From Holosporales bacterium (lineage in GTDB: Bacteria; Pseudomonadota; Alphaproteobacteria; JAJTHO01): a stretch of 64,000 nt of DNA. Location of the stretch: the NCBI GenBank assembly GCA_046318675.1, contig JBKCUA010000002.1:14191-78190 (forward strand). Reading direction: 5' to 3'. Made by a program: the position numbers and the translations under genes. Each line of letters opens with the position of its first letter. Positions within the stretch are counted from its first letter, which is position 1. A model generated the notes under the pieces. The model did no database searches. It had not been told where the DNA came from and worked only from the letters and a program-made list of their open reading frames with translations. Below, in pieces: positions 1 to 9,682 of the stretch.

Positions 1-516
1 TTGGTGGAAAAACTCGTTGCTGTCAACCGCGTGACTAAGGTGGTCAAGGGCGGGCGACGCATGGGCTTTGCGGCGATTGTTATCGTTGGCGATGGACGGG
101 GTAAGGTTGGTTGTGGGTCGGGTAAGGCGCGGGAAGTCCCTGAAGCCGTTCGTAAAGCCACGGATCAGGCTAAACGTCATATGCTCAAAGTACCATTGCG
201 TGAGGGACGAACCTTGCACCATAATATTGCCGGGCGTTTTGGTGCTGGAAAAGTTATTCTCCGTCCTGCACCAGTGGGAACAGGTATCATTGCCGGTGGT
301 CCGATGCGGGCGGTGTTTGAGGCCTTGGGAATTCAAGATGTTGTTGCTAAATCAGTGGGTAGTTCCAACCCTCACAATATGATTAAGGCAACATTGGATG
401 CGTTGGCGGCGATTCGTTCTCCACGTTTTGTGGCCGCTAAGCGTTCCCGCAAGGTGAGTGATTTGGGCTTAAAACGCGATGGAGATCATAAGGAGGCTGG
501 CGATGGCGAAGAGTAA
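1..516 (+). CDS. rpsE: 30S ribosomal protein S5 (5'-truncated by window edge)
   Basis: Translation shows the S5 family hallmarks ([31 protein letters not shown], dsRBD plus S5 C-domain). It precedes L30-L15-SecY-Adk, the canonical spc order. Confidence 0.9.
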   Translation: MVEKLVAVNRVTKVVKGGRRMGFAAIVIVGDGRGKVGCGSGKAREVPEAVRKATDQAKRHMLKVPLREGRTLHHNIAGRFGAGKVILRPAPVGTGIIAGGPMRAVFEALGIQDVVAKSVGSSNPHNMIKATLDALAAIRSPRFVAAKRSRKVSDLGLKRDGDHKEAGDGEE

Positions 517-712
517 AAAAACACATGGTCACATTAGTGTTCGTCAGACTGCCAGTGTCATTGGTACTGATCCTAGGGTTCGTGCTACTTTGCATGGCCT
601 TGGACTTGGCCGAATTGGCAAGCAAAAAACTTTGATTGATTCACCGCAAGTGCGGGGCATGATTGCTAAGGTGCATCATCTAGTTGCTGTACTTGACGAC
701 GCAGCAGCGTAA
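504..712 (+). CDS. rpmD: 50S ribosomal protein L30
   Basis: [21 protein letters not shown]... is typical of L30. AGGAGG sits at 491-496 ahead of the ATG at 504. The start overlaps the end of rpsE. Confidence 0.85.
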
Positions 713-743
713 TTGTAGAATCGACTAGTGTAGGGGGCATACA

Positions 744-1229
744 ATGCAACTGAATGAAATTATAGACAATCATGGTGCTCGGCCTAGATTTAAGCGCGTG
801 GGACGTGGTATTGGTTCTGGTAAAGGTAAAACCTGTGGTCGTGGCGGTAAAGGGCAAACCGCGCGTTCTGGGGTGGCACTAAAAGGCTTTGAGGGTGGAC
901 AGATGCCGCTTTACCGCCGCTTGCCTAAGCGTGGGTTCAACAATTTTTTTGCTGTTGAGTTTTCGGTGGTGAATTTGGATCGGCTGCAACAGGCTATTGA
1001 TGCAGGAACTTTGGATGCTAAAAAGCCTATTGATGAAGATGTTCTGGTAGCCAGTGGGGTATTGGGAAAGCGTCGTGATGGGGTTAAGCTGCTAGGTAAT
1101 GGTACGCTGAAAGCTAAAATAAAGCTGACCGTGACGGCGGCTTCTAAGAGTGCTATTGCGGCAGTGGAAAAAGCAGGTGGAAGCGTTGCCCTACTCGCCC
1201 CGGTTGAGACACAGGAAGACGCCGCTTAA
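744..1229 (+). CDS. rplO: 50S ribosomal protein L15
   Basis: [19 protein letters not shown] glycine-rich L15 N-terminus and [18 protein letters not shown] motif. Confidence 0.9.
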   Translation: MQLNEIIDNHGARPRFKRVGRGIGSGKGKTCGRGGKGQTARSGVALKGFEGGQMPLYRRLPKRGFNNFFAVEFSVVNLDRLQQAIDAGTLDAKKPIDEDVLVASGVLGKRRDGVKLLGNGTLKAKIKLTVTAASKSAIAAVEKAGGSVALLAPVETQEDAA

Positions 1230-1253
1230 TAAAAACAAGAGAAAGTCTAGGTC

Positions 1254-2594
1254 ATGGCCACACCATCCGCTGCTGAACAATTGGCACAGAACTTTAGTTT
1301 TGGGGCTTTTTCAAAGGCAGGGGAGCTTAAAGCCCGCTTGTGGTTTACGTTGGGTGCGTTGATATTGTATCGCTTGGGAACCTACATCCCTGTTCCTGGT
1401 GTTGATGCTGCAATGTTGGCGCGGATTTTTGCCCAGCATGGCGGGGGTGTCCTTGGAGTCTTTGATACTTTTGCCGGTGGTGCGTTGTCGCGGATGTCCG
1501 TTTTTGCCTTGAACATTATGCCGTATATTTCGGCATCAATTATTATTCAATTGATGACTGCTATCTCACCACAGTTGGAAGCCTTAAAAAAAGAAGGCGA
1601 GTCTGGCCGAAAGCAGCTCAATCAATACACCCGTTATTTGACGGTAGTGTTGGCGGCAGTACAGGCTTATGGTCTGGCGGTGGGGTTGGAAGGAATGCGC
1701 GGTAGTGCCGCTGATTTTCTGTTCCGGGCATCTGTTGTGGTGACCCTAGTTGGTGGTACGGTGTTTTTGATGTGGTTGGGAGAGCAGATTACTGAGCGTG
1801 GGATTGGTAATGGAACTTCCTTGATTATTTTTGCGGGGATTGTTGCGCATTTGCCGATTGCTTTGGGTCAATTATTTGAGCTTAGCCGAACTGGGAGCTT
1901 GCCGGTCTGGGGTGCATTACTGATTTGCCTTGTTGCCGTGATTGTTATTGTTGCAGTCGTTTATATGGAACGAGCGCAGCGCAAGGTTATTATACAACAT
2001 CCTAAGCGGCAGATGGGTAATCGTACCTATGCCGCTGACAGTAGTCATTTGCCTCTTAAGCTTAATACTGCTGGGGTTATCCCGCCGATTTTTGCCAGTT
2101 CGTTGTTGTTGTTACCGGCCACGTTGTTGGGTTTTAGCCAAGCAGGGGCAGGGGATAGGCCCGAGTGGTTGTTGACTATAAGCGCTTGGCTTCAGCATGG
2201 TCAGCCGCTGTATATGTTTTTATATGCTGCGTTAATTTTCTTTTTTGCATTTTTTTATACCGCGATTGTGTTCAATCCTGCCGAAACGGCTGAGAATTTG
2301 CGTAAAAGTGGAGGGTTTGTTCCGGGCTTTCGCCCTGGGAAGGCGACGGCTCAGCATTTGGATGCTATTTTGACGCGGCTGACGGCTATTGGCGCGGTGT
2401 ATTTGGCAGCAGTATGTTTATTGCCGGAATTTCTCATCGCGGAATATGGTATCCCGTTTTATTTGGGTGGGACTAGTCTGCTTATCGTTGTTTCCGTGAC
2501 CATGGATACAGTAGGCCATGTTCATGCCCACATTATGGCGAAGCAATATGAAGGGCTTATTCGCAAAGCAAAATTAAAGGGAACCTTGCGGTGA
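1254..2594 (+). CDS. secY: preprotein translocase subunit SecY
   Basis: 446 aa, 10-TM profile, SecY signatures (GLNIMPYISASIIIQL; GTSLIIFAGIV). Position after rplO. Confidence 0.92.
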   Translation: MATPSAAEQLAQNFSFGAFSKAGELKARLWFTLGALILYRLGTYIPVPGVDAAMLARIFAQHGGGVLGVFDTFAGGALSRMSVFALNIMPYISASIIIQLMTAISPQLEALKKEGESGRKQLNQYTRYLTVVLAAVQAYGLAVGLEGMRGSAADFLFRASVVVTLVGGTVFLMWLGEQITERGIGNGTSLIIFAGIVAHLPIALGQLFELSRTGSLPVWGALLICLVAVIVIVAVVYMERAQRKVIIQHPKRQMGNRTYAADSSHLPLKLNTAGVIPPIFASSLLLLPATLLGFSQAGAGDRPEWLLTISAWLQHGQPLYMFLYAALIFFFAFFYTAIVFNPAETAENLRKSGGFVPGFRPGKATAQHLDAILTRLTAIGAVYLAAVCLLPEFLIAEYGIPFYLGGTSLLIVVSVTMDTVGHVHAHIMAKQYEGLIRKAKLKGTLR

Positions 2595-3238
2595 AATTAA
2601 TACTTTTTGGTCCGCCGGGTGCCGGAAAAGGTACCCAGTCTCGGTTGCTGGAGCAAAGGTATAAGATTCCTCAGCTATCCACGGGGGATATGTTGCGAGC
2701 GTTGGTATCTTCTGGATCACCATTAGGAGAACAGGCGGCGTCGGTGATGACTAGTGGTGGTCTTATGCCAGATAGCCTAATGGTTGATATGATTGCCGAA
2801 TGGATTGATCGTCCGGAATGTGCTAATGGGTTTATTCTTGACGGCTTTCCACGTACAGAAGCGCAAGCAAAAGCATTAGATGTCATGTTGAAATCGCGTA
2901 ACACTAGGTTGGACAAAGTCATAGAATTACAGGTAGATGACGCGGAGATTATTGATCGTATTGCAGGACGTTTTTCTTGCCGGGGTTGTGGTGCCGGTTA
3001 TCATGATCGCACGCATCGTCCTAAAGTGCCTGGTGTTTGTGATCACTGTGGCACTACTCATTTTTTTCGTCGCCCTGATGATACACCCACATCAGTGGCG
3101 GCGCGGTTACAAATTTACCGTGATCAAACAATGCCGGTTCTTCCTTACTATGACACCCAAGGTCTTTTGGTCAAGATTGCCGGGGTGGGTGAGATGTCCG
3201 AGGTGGCGGCACGGGTTGAAAAGGCCATTGCTAGCTAA
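2591..3238 (+). CDS. adk: adenylate kinase (long form with Cys4 zinc lid)
   Basis: P-loop GPPGAGKGTQ, lid CRGCGAGYHDRTHRPKVPGVCDHCG. GTG start overlaps the secY stop by 4 nt. Confidence 0.9.
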   Translation: MKLILFGPPGAGKGTQSRLLEQRYKIPQLSTGDMLRALVSSGSPLGEQAASVMTSGGLMPDSLMVDMIAEWIDRPECANGFILDGFPRTEAQAKALDVMLKSRNTRLDKVIELQVDDAEIIDRIAGRFSCRGCGAGYHDRTHRPKVPGVCDHCGTTHFFRRPDDTPTSVAARLQIYRDQTMPVLPYYDTQGLLVKIAGVGEMSEVAARVEKAIAS

Positions 3239-3282
3239 TCCTTTAGGTCAATACGCGTTAATAAAACAGGGGTAGATTTTTT

Positions 3283-6200
3283 ATGGCTGCGCTCCCTGAG
3301 ATATCTATTCGTCGCCCGATTTTTGCTACGGTGTTAAATTTATTATTGGTCTTGGTTGGGCTGGTAGCAGGCACGCGCCTCGCAGTGAGGGAGTATCCTA
3401 ATATTGATTCGCCGGTGGTCACGGTGGACACTCGTTATGTTGGGGCTTCGGCGGAAGTAATGGAATCCCAGGTAACGAAGCCTCTTGAGGATGCTCTTTC
3501 TGGTATCGAAGGCATTGACTTTATTCGTGCTATTAATAGAGCTGAATCAAGCCAAATTACGGTACAATTTCGCCTCAGCCGCGATCCAGACGGCGCGGCC
3601 AACGATGTTCGTGATCGGGTTGCTCGTACCCGTGCTAGATTGCCTGATGATATTGATGATCCGGTGATTGCAAGGGTAGAGGCCGATGCCACCCCCATTA
3701 TGTGGGTCAATGTTAACAGTGATGTACATAGTGCCTTGGAAGTTTCTGAATATGCTGATTTAGTTGTGCAGGATCGCCTGCAGACCTTGGATGGAGTGGC
3801 TCAGGTACGGTTGTTTGCTGAGCGTCGTTATTCTATGCGAATTTGGCTCGATCGTGATCGGTTGGCGGCGTATCAGGTAACCCCAGGTGACGTGCAAAAT
3901 GCTCTTAATGAGCAAAATATTGAAATTCCAGCAGGACGAATTGAAGGTAAAAGCAGGGAGTTTACAGTTTTAGCTCAAACAGATTTGAACACCCCCGAAG
4001 ATTTTCAAAATATCATTTTGCGAAGCAGTGTTGATGGATCCATTGTGCGCCTAAAAGATGTCGCACAAGTTGTTTATGGTCCTGCTGATGAACGGCAGAT
4101 AGCCCGGTATAATAACCGTAATTCTATAGCACTGGGGATTGTTAAGCAATCAGTAGCCAACCCTCTGGATATTTCAGCACAGGTTCGTAAGGTATTGCCT
4201 GAAATTGAAAAATTACTTCCTCAAGGGATGCGGATCAATATCGCCTATGATTCGTCGGTGTTCATTCGCCAGTCAATCGCCAATGTATTTCATACGATTG
4301 TTGAGGCCACAGTGTTGGTAGTGTTGGTGACGTTTTTGTTTTTGCGTACGGTGCGGGCAACATTGGTGCCGCTGGTGGCTATCCCTGTTTCTTTGATTGG
4401 GGCGTTGATCCTGATGTATGTAGCGGGGTTTACAATTAATACCCTTACAATGTTATCCATGGTCATTGCCATTGGGTTGGTGGTGGATGATGCTATTGTT
4501 GTTTTAGAGAATAGTTACAGGCATCTAGAGCGTGGTCTTGATCCCTTACACGCGGCCATCAAAAGCATGAGGGAGATTTCTTTTGCGGTAATTGCCATGA
4601 CCTTGACGCTGGCGGCGGTGTTTGCGCCGATGGCGTTTTCCACGGGTAAGACCGGGCGGCTTTTTATTGAGTTTGCTTTAACATTGTCGGCAGCGGTGCT
4701 GATTTCTGGCTTTGTGGCTTTGACATTGACGCCCACTATGTGCGCTCGAATGCTCAGAGCCAAGGATTTACATAGCACTCATGGTTTTAGTAAACGGGTA
4801 GAGCTGTTTTTAAGGCATATAGAAGCCCACTATAAAAGCCGTCTTGGTTGGATTATGTCTAAAAAACCCTTGACGCTTATTGTTGCGGGTATATGTGCTG
4901 GCTTAGCAGTATTGCTATTTATTAGTTTGCCCCGGCAATTGACCCCGATTGAAGATCGCGGGGTGATTTTTTCGGTTACTATGGCACCGGAAGGCTCCAC
5001 TGTTTGGTATAGTGATACTTATTTACAGCAAGTAGAGCAAACACTTCAACATCAGCCTGAAGCCGCTTGGAATTTTACCGTAGTGGGTTTTCCAACAATT
5101 GTACAAGGCTATAGTGTTTTAGGTTTGAAAGATTGGGGCGAGAGATCCCGACATTCCACAGCTATTGTTGAAGCGATACGGCCTCGCTTGGCACAAGTAC
5201 CTGGGGTGCTGGCTTTTCCCATTAATCCTCCCTCACTTGGTCAAGGGGCGCGTTCTCTTCCTATTGAATTCGTAATACAAAGTAGCGGAAGTTATGAAGA
5301 TCTGGAAAAAGTTGCTAATACCTTGCTGGGCAAGATGCGGGAAAGTCCATTATTCCGCACGCCAGATAGTGACTTAAAACGTAATAAGCCCGAACTTAAA
5401 GTGAGCGTTGATCGGGAAAAAACAGCTGCTCTAGGGGTGACGGTGGCTGATATTGGCGCGACTCTTGGTACTGCGCTCAGTGGTACGCCCATCACTCGTT
5501 TTAAGCGCAACGGTGAGCAATACGATGTGATCGTCCAATTGGCGGATGATCGCCGCCGTACCCCGGATGATTTGACGGCTTTGTATGTTCGGGGTAGGGG
5601 TGATGCGATGATTCCTTTGCAAAACTTGGTACAAGTGCGTGAAGGTGTAACACCTAGGGAACTTAATCGTTTTAATAAGTTACGTGCCGTAACAATTACT
5701 GCTAGCCTAGCCCAGGGGGTAGGGATTGGTCAGGGATTGGACTTTCTGCGGCAGGCATTGGAAAAAATTGATTCTACGGTTATGTCCGATGTGGCGGGGC
5801 AAAGCCGGGAGTTTAAGGAGGCCAGTAGCAGCCTAGGCATAGTATTCACTTTAGCATTATTGTTTATTTATTTAGTGTTAGCAGCGCAGTTTGAAAGTTG
5901 GCGCGATCCGTTGATTATTCTGCTGGCTGTGCCGTTGGCATTGTTTGGGGCATTGCTGACAGTATGGATAACGGGTGGAAGTATTAATGTATACACGCAG
6001 ATAGGTCTAATTGCTTTAGTCGGCTTGATTGCCAAGAACGGCATTATGATTGTTGAATTTGCTAATCAGCTTCGCGATCGAGGACGCGATGCGGGGGCGG
6101 CAGTGGTTGAGGCGGCGGCCATTCGCTTGCGACCTATTTTGATGACCACGGCGGCCACGGTACTGGGGGCATTGCCGTTAGCACTGGCCAGCGGTGCCGG

Positions 6201-6369
6201 AGCCGAAAGCCGCGCCGCTATTGGTTGGATTATTGTTGGGGGAATGAGTATCGGTACATTGTTCACCTTATTTATCGTGCCAGTATTTTATCAGAAGCTT
6301 AGCCGTAGGAAGAATGCCGTGGTGATAGAAGAAGAGCGATTACAAGGTTATAACACCCTGCATCATTAA
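3283..6369 (+). CDS. RND multidrug/hydrophobe-amphiphile efflux permease (AcrB/MdtB-like, HAE1)
   Basis: 1028 aa, typical N-terminus RPIFATVLNLLLVLVGL, 12-TM profile with two large periplasmic loops. No adjacent periplasmic adaptor or outer-membrane factor gene. Confidence 0.85.
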   Translation: MAALPEISIRRPIFATVLNLLLVLVGLVAGTRLAVREYPNIDSPVVTVDTRYVGASAEVMESQVTKPLEDALSGIEGIDFIRAINRAESSQITVQFRLSRDPDGAANDVRDRVARTRARLPDDIDDPVIARVEADATPIMWVNVNSDVHSALEVSEYADLVVQDRLQTLDGVAQVRLFAERRYSMRIWLDRDRLAAYQVTPGDVQNALNEQNIEIPAGRIEGKSREFTVLAQTDLNTPEDFQNIILRSSVDGSIVRLKDVAQVVYGPADERQIARYNNRNSIALGIVKQSVANPLDISAQVRKVLPEIEKLLPQGMRINIAYDSSVFIRQSIANVFHTIVEATVLVVLVTFLFLRTVRATLVPLVAIPVSLIGALILMYVAGFTINTLTMLSMVIAIGLVVDDAIVVLENSYRHLERGLDPLHAAIKSMREISFAVIAMTLTLAAVFAPMAFSTGKTGRLFIEFALTLSAAVLISGFVALTLTPTMCARMLRAKDLHSTHGFSKRVELFLRHIEAHYKSRLGWIMSKKPLTLIVAGICAGLAVLLFISLPRQLTPIEDRGVIFSVTMAPEGSTVWYSDTYLQQVEQTLQHQPEAAWNFTVVGFPTIVQGYSVLGLKDWGERSRHSTAIVEAIRPRLAQVPGVLAFPINPPSLGQGARSLPIEFVIQSSGSYEDLEKVANTLLGKMRESPLFRTPDSDLKRNKPELKVSVDREKTAALGVTVADIGATLGTALSGTPITRFKRNGEQYDVIVQLADDRRRTPDDLTALYVRGRGDAMIPLQNLVQVREGVTPRELNRFNKLRAVTITASLAQGVGIGQGLDFLRQALEKIDSTVMSDVAGQSREFKEASSSLGIVFTLALLFIYLVLAAQFESWRDPLIILLAVPLALFGALLTVWITGGSINVYTQIGLIALVGLIAKNGIMIVEFANQLRDRGRDAGAAVVEAAAIRLRPILMTTAATVLGALPLALASGAGAESRAAIGWIIVGGMSIGTLFTLFIVPVFYQKLSRRKNAVVIEEERLQGYNTLHH

Positions 6370-6640
6370 GACCATATTTTATAGCTGGTTGCACAATTAA
6401 AAGTATATTTGCAACCAGCGCACGGCACAAAGTGCCGCGGCCGAATGGCCGAACAAAAATAACTTATAGCGCGCTGAAGACTTTATCAATATCTACCGCT
6501 AATTACGCAACGCGCTATATAAATTTTTCAAACTGCGTTAATTCTAGAAACCCCAGATGTCTTGATAATTTTTAGAAGGACATTGCCAGACGCATATCAA
6601 CCGAGTATGGTTCGACCTTGTTAAAATAAAGGGAATATAC

Positions 6641-7543
6641 ATGGCCGTTCTTGTTGATAAAAACACTACCGTTATTTGTCAAGGCTTTACTGGTGCTCAG
6701 GGAACTTTTCACTCAGAGCAGGCTATTGCCTATGGTACTAAAATGGTAGGCGGTGTGACGCCGGGTAAGGGAGGGACTACACATTTGAATTTGCCTGTTT
6801 TTGATACAGTGCATGAGGCGCGGGCTAAGACGGGTTGCACGGCGTCGGTCATTTATGTGCCGCCACCCTTTGCGGCGGATGCAATTCTGGAAGCTGCCGA
6901 TGCTGGTGTGCCCTTGGTTGTTTGTATTACCGAAGGTATTCCTGTGGTGGATATGGTGCGTGTGAAGCGTGCTTTGACGGGAAGTAAGACCCGCCTTATC
7001 GGCCCAAACTGTCCCGGTATTATTACTCCTGGTGAGTGCAAAATTGGCATTATGCCTGGTCATATTCATAAGCGTGGTAGTATCGGTATTGTTTCCCGTT
7101 CGGGTACCCTGACCTATGAAGCAGTGGCACAAACAACGGCGGCGGGCTTGGGTCAGACCACCTGTATTGGTATTGGCGGTGATCCTGTCAATGGTACCAA
7201 TTTTATTGATAGCTTAGAATTATTTCTGGCTGATCCCGAAACCAAGGGCATCATTATGATTGGGGAAATTGGTGGCAGTGCCGAGGAAGAAGCGGCGGAA
7301 TTTTTAATGCACAGTAAGATTAAAAAGCCTGTGGCTGGGTTTATCGCTGGGGTAACAGCCCCTCCTGGTAAGCGGATGGGTCATGCTGGTGCTATTATTG
7401 CTGGTGGCAAAGGTGATGCGGCTTCAAAAATGGAGGCGATGCGCCGGGCTGGTATCGTTGTTTCGCCGTCTCCGGCTAACCTGGGCTTAACTATTAAGGC
7501 GGTGATGGAAGGCAAACCCGTTCCGGATGCAAAGGCGGCGTAG
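6641..7543 (+). CDS. sucD: succinyl-CoA ligase (ADP-forming) alpha subunit
   Basis: N-terminus [35 protein letters not shown] and the phospho-His loop GHAGAII. No sucC immediately upstream. Confidence 0.9.
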   Translation: MAVLVDKNTTVICQGFTGAQGTFHSEQAIAYGTKMVGGVTPGKGGTTHLNLPVFDTVHEARAKTGCTASVIYVPPPFAADAILEAADAGVPLVVCITEGIPVVDMVRVKRALTGSKTRLIGPNCPGIITPGECKIGIMPGHIHKRGSIGIVSRSGTLTYEAVAQTTAAGLGQTTCIGIGGDPVNGTNFIDSLELFLADPETKGIIMIGEIGGSAEEEAAEFLMHSKIKKPVAGFIAGVTAPPGKRMGHAGAIIAGGKGDAASKMEAMRRAGIVVSPSPANLGLTIKAVMEGKPVPDAKAA

Positions 7544-7684
7544 TACTTAGAAATACATTTGTATTCATGTTTTTACCGCACTGCAAAAAAATGCTTGACG
7601 TCTGATTAGTGATAGGGCATACAACGCGTACTGGCTGGCTTTTTCTTGTCTGCCTTATTTAATAAAACAGGTAAGGATCACTTT

Positions 7685-8239
7685 ATGACCAATGCACGTG
7701 CCAAATCGGCCAATCCACAACAATCCGCCGCTTCTAACCCGTTGTCAGCTGTTGCTGCTCGCGTTGTTGAACCGGTGGTGAGTGCTGCTGAGACTTTTTT
7801 TCAACAGCAATCTAAATCTGCTGGTCAGAGCTATGCTCAATTCGCCAGTACCGCAAAGAAAAACCTTCAGGAGGCTACCCAGACCGTGACCAATTCATTC
7901 GAAGAAATCAGCCAAATCCAACGCTCTGCCTTGGAGTCTGTTCTCCAAGCTACCAACACTTTAGCCAAAAGTGCTGAGGAAATTGGTAAAATCGCTGTGG
8001 CTTTGAGCCAGAGCCTGTTTGAGTCCAATGTTGCTGCGGCCAAACAATTGCTGTCCGTCCGCAACGCTCAGGAAGCGTTCGACATCCACACCAGCTTGGC
8101 CAAAGACAACTTTGACCAGATCGTCAGCAAAGGCACCCAAGTGTCTCAGCTGAGTTTGGAAGCCACCAACAAGGCTCTTCAGCCCCTGCAAAACCAGTTC
8201 AACCAAGCCGTTGAGTCGGTTGTTAAAAAAGCCGCCTGA
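7685..8239 (+). CDS. phasin-family (PHA granule-associated) protein
   Basis: Ala/Gln-rich 184-aa helical protein with phasin-like profile. Its own RBS (AAGGA) and a strong terminator follow. Confidence 0.55.
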   Translation: MTNARAKSANPQQSAASNPLSAVAARVVEPVVSAAETFFQQQSKSAGQSYAQFASTAKKNLQEATQTVTNSFEEISQIQRSALESVLQATNTLAKSAEEIGKIAVALSQSLFESNVAAAKQLLSVRNAQEAFDIHTSLAKDNFDQIVSKGTQVSQLSLEATNKALQPLQNQFNQAVESVVKKAA

Positions 8240-8264
8240 ATTTTCAGCCCGGCCTGATACTAGA

Positions 8265-8297
8265 GAAACCCGCCGCAAGGCGGGTTTCTTTTTTCGT
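8265..8297 (+). terminator. rho-independent terminator of the phasin gene
   Basis: AAACCCGCC-GCAA-GGCGGGTTT stem-loop followed by CTTTTTTCG. Confidence 0.8.
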
Positions 8298-8362
8298 ATT
8301 GTGGCATTTGCTTGCATCGCATCGCTACTCCGCCTACACAGACTTCAACAGAGGAACTTCTC

Positions 8363-9682
8363 ATGACTGTCGCCACCAAAAAAGCCAACGTCCATACCGT
8401 TGATTATAAAGTTGCTGATATGAGCTTGGCCGATTGGGGACGGCGGGAAATTTCCTTGGCGGAAAGCGAGATGCCGGGTCTGATGCAGATTCGGGCGGAG
8501 TATGCGGCGCGGCAACCCCTGAAAGGCGCGCGGATTGCCGGATGCCTGCACATGACAGTCCAGACAGCTGTTTTGATTGAAACGCTGACGGCGTTGGGTG
8601 CTGAGGTGCGCTGGAGTAGCTGCAACATTTTCTCTACGCAAGATCAGGCGGCGGCGGCTATTGCAGCCTCCGGCGTGGCGGTTTTTGCTTGGAAAGGCCA
8701 GACGCTGGAAGAGGCAGACTGGTGTATTGAGCAAACGATTCTTGGCTCGAACGGTTGGCGTCCCAACATGATTTTGGATGATGGCGGTGACTTAACATTG
8801 ATGATGCATCAAAAATTCCCAGAATTGCTTCAAGATGTTAGGGGTATATCCGAGGAAACCACTACGGGCGTACATCGTTTGTATGAGATGCACCGCAAGG
8901 GTGAGCTGAAAGTCCCTGCCATCAACGTTAACGATTCCGTGACAAAATCCAAGTTTGACAACCTGTATGGCTGCCGGGAAAGCTTGGTTGATGGCATCAA
9001 GCGCGCCACGGGCACAATGATTGCCGGCAAAACTGCGGTGGTGGCCGGGTACGGCGATGTAGGCAAAGGTTCGGCGGCGGCCCTGCGCAACCACGGTGCA
9101 CGGGTTCTGATTACGGAAATCGATCCAATTTGCGCTCTTCAAGCGTGTATGGAAGGTTATCAGGTTGTTACAATGGACGAAGCCGTCGGCAACGGCGATA
9201 TTTTTGTCACCGCCACGGGCAATGTTGACGTGATAACCCTCGATCATATGCGGCAAATGAAAGATCGCGCTATTATTTGTAATATCGGCCATTTTGACAG
9301 CGAAATTCAAATCGATGCCCTGCGCAACTACACTTGGACGGAAATTAAACCCCAAGTGCATGAGGTCGCTTTTCCAGATGGGAAGCGTCTGTTGGTGCTG
9401 GCCGAAGGTCGTTTGGTGAACCTTGGCTGCGCCGCTGGGCACCCTAGTTTTGTCATGAGTGCCAGTTTTAGCAATCAAGTCCTAGCGCAAATCGAACTCT
9501 GGCAACATAGTAAGAAATACAGTGTTGGCGTGTATATCCTGCCTAAACGCCTTGATGAGAAGGTTGCCGCGTTGCATTTGCCAAAATTGGGGGCAAAATT
9601 AACGCGGTTAACGAAAAAGCAAGCAGAGTACCTCAATATCGATCCCGAAGGTGATTATAAACCAGGACACTACCGCTATTGA
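8363..9682 (+). CDS. ahcY: adenosylhomocysteinase
   Basis: [18 protein letters not shown]-terminus, NAD-binding [11 protein letters not shown]-terminal ...KPGHYRY. Confidence 0.92.
   Translation: MTVATKKANVHTVDYKVADMSLADWGRREISLAESEMPGLMQIRAEYAARQPLKGARIAGCLHMTVQTAVLIETLTALGAEVRWSSCNIFSTQDQAAAAIAASGVAVFAWKGQTLEEADWCIEQTILGSNGWRPNMILDDGGDLTLMMHQKFPELLQDVRGISEETTTGVHRLYEMHRKGELKVPAINVNDSVTKSKFDNLYGCRESLVDGIKRATGTMIAGKTAVVAGYGDVGKGSAAALRNHGARVLITEIDPICALQACMEGYQVVTMDEAVGNGDIFVTATGNVDVITLDHMRQMKDRAIICNIGHFDSEIQIDALRNYTWTEIKPQVHEVAFPDGKRLLVLAEGRLVNLGCAAGHPSFVMSASFSNQVLAQIELWQHSKKYSVGVYILPKRLDEKVAALHLPKLGAKLTRLTKKQAEYLNIDPEGDYKPGHYRY

Noticed and set aside
3435-6266. Multiple 60-90 aa antisense ORFs inside the RND pump, gdhB, thrS and other long genes
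   Set aside because: They are short, low-complexity, fully embedded in high-confidence coding regions, and typical of GC-rich antisense frames.
6383-6450. Three consecutive hairpins after the RND gene as a terminator
   Set aside because: Stems are present (GCTGGTTGCA/TGCAACCAGC; CGGCAC/GTGCCG; CGGCC/GGCCG) but none is followed by a U-tract, so I did not call a terminator.
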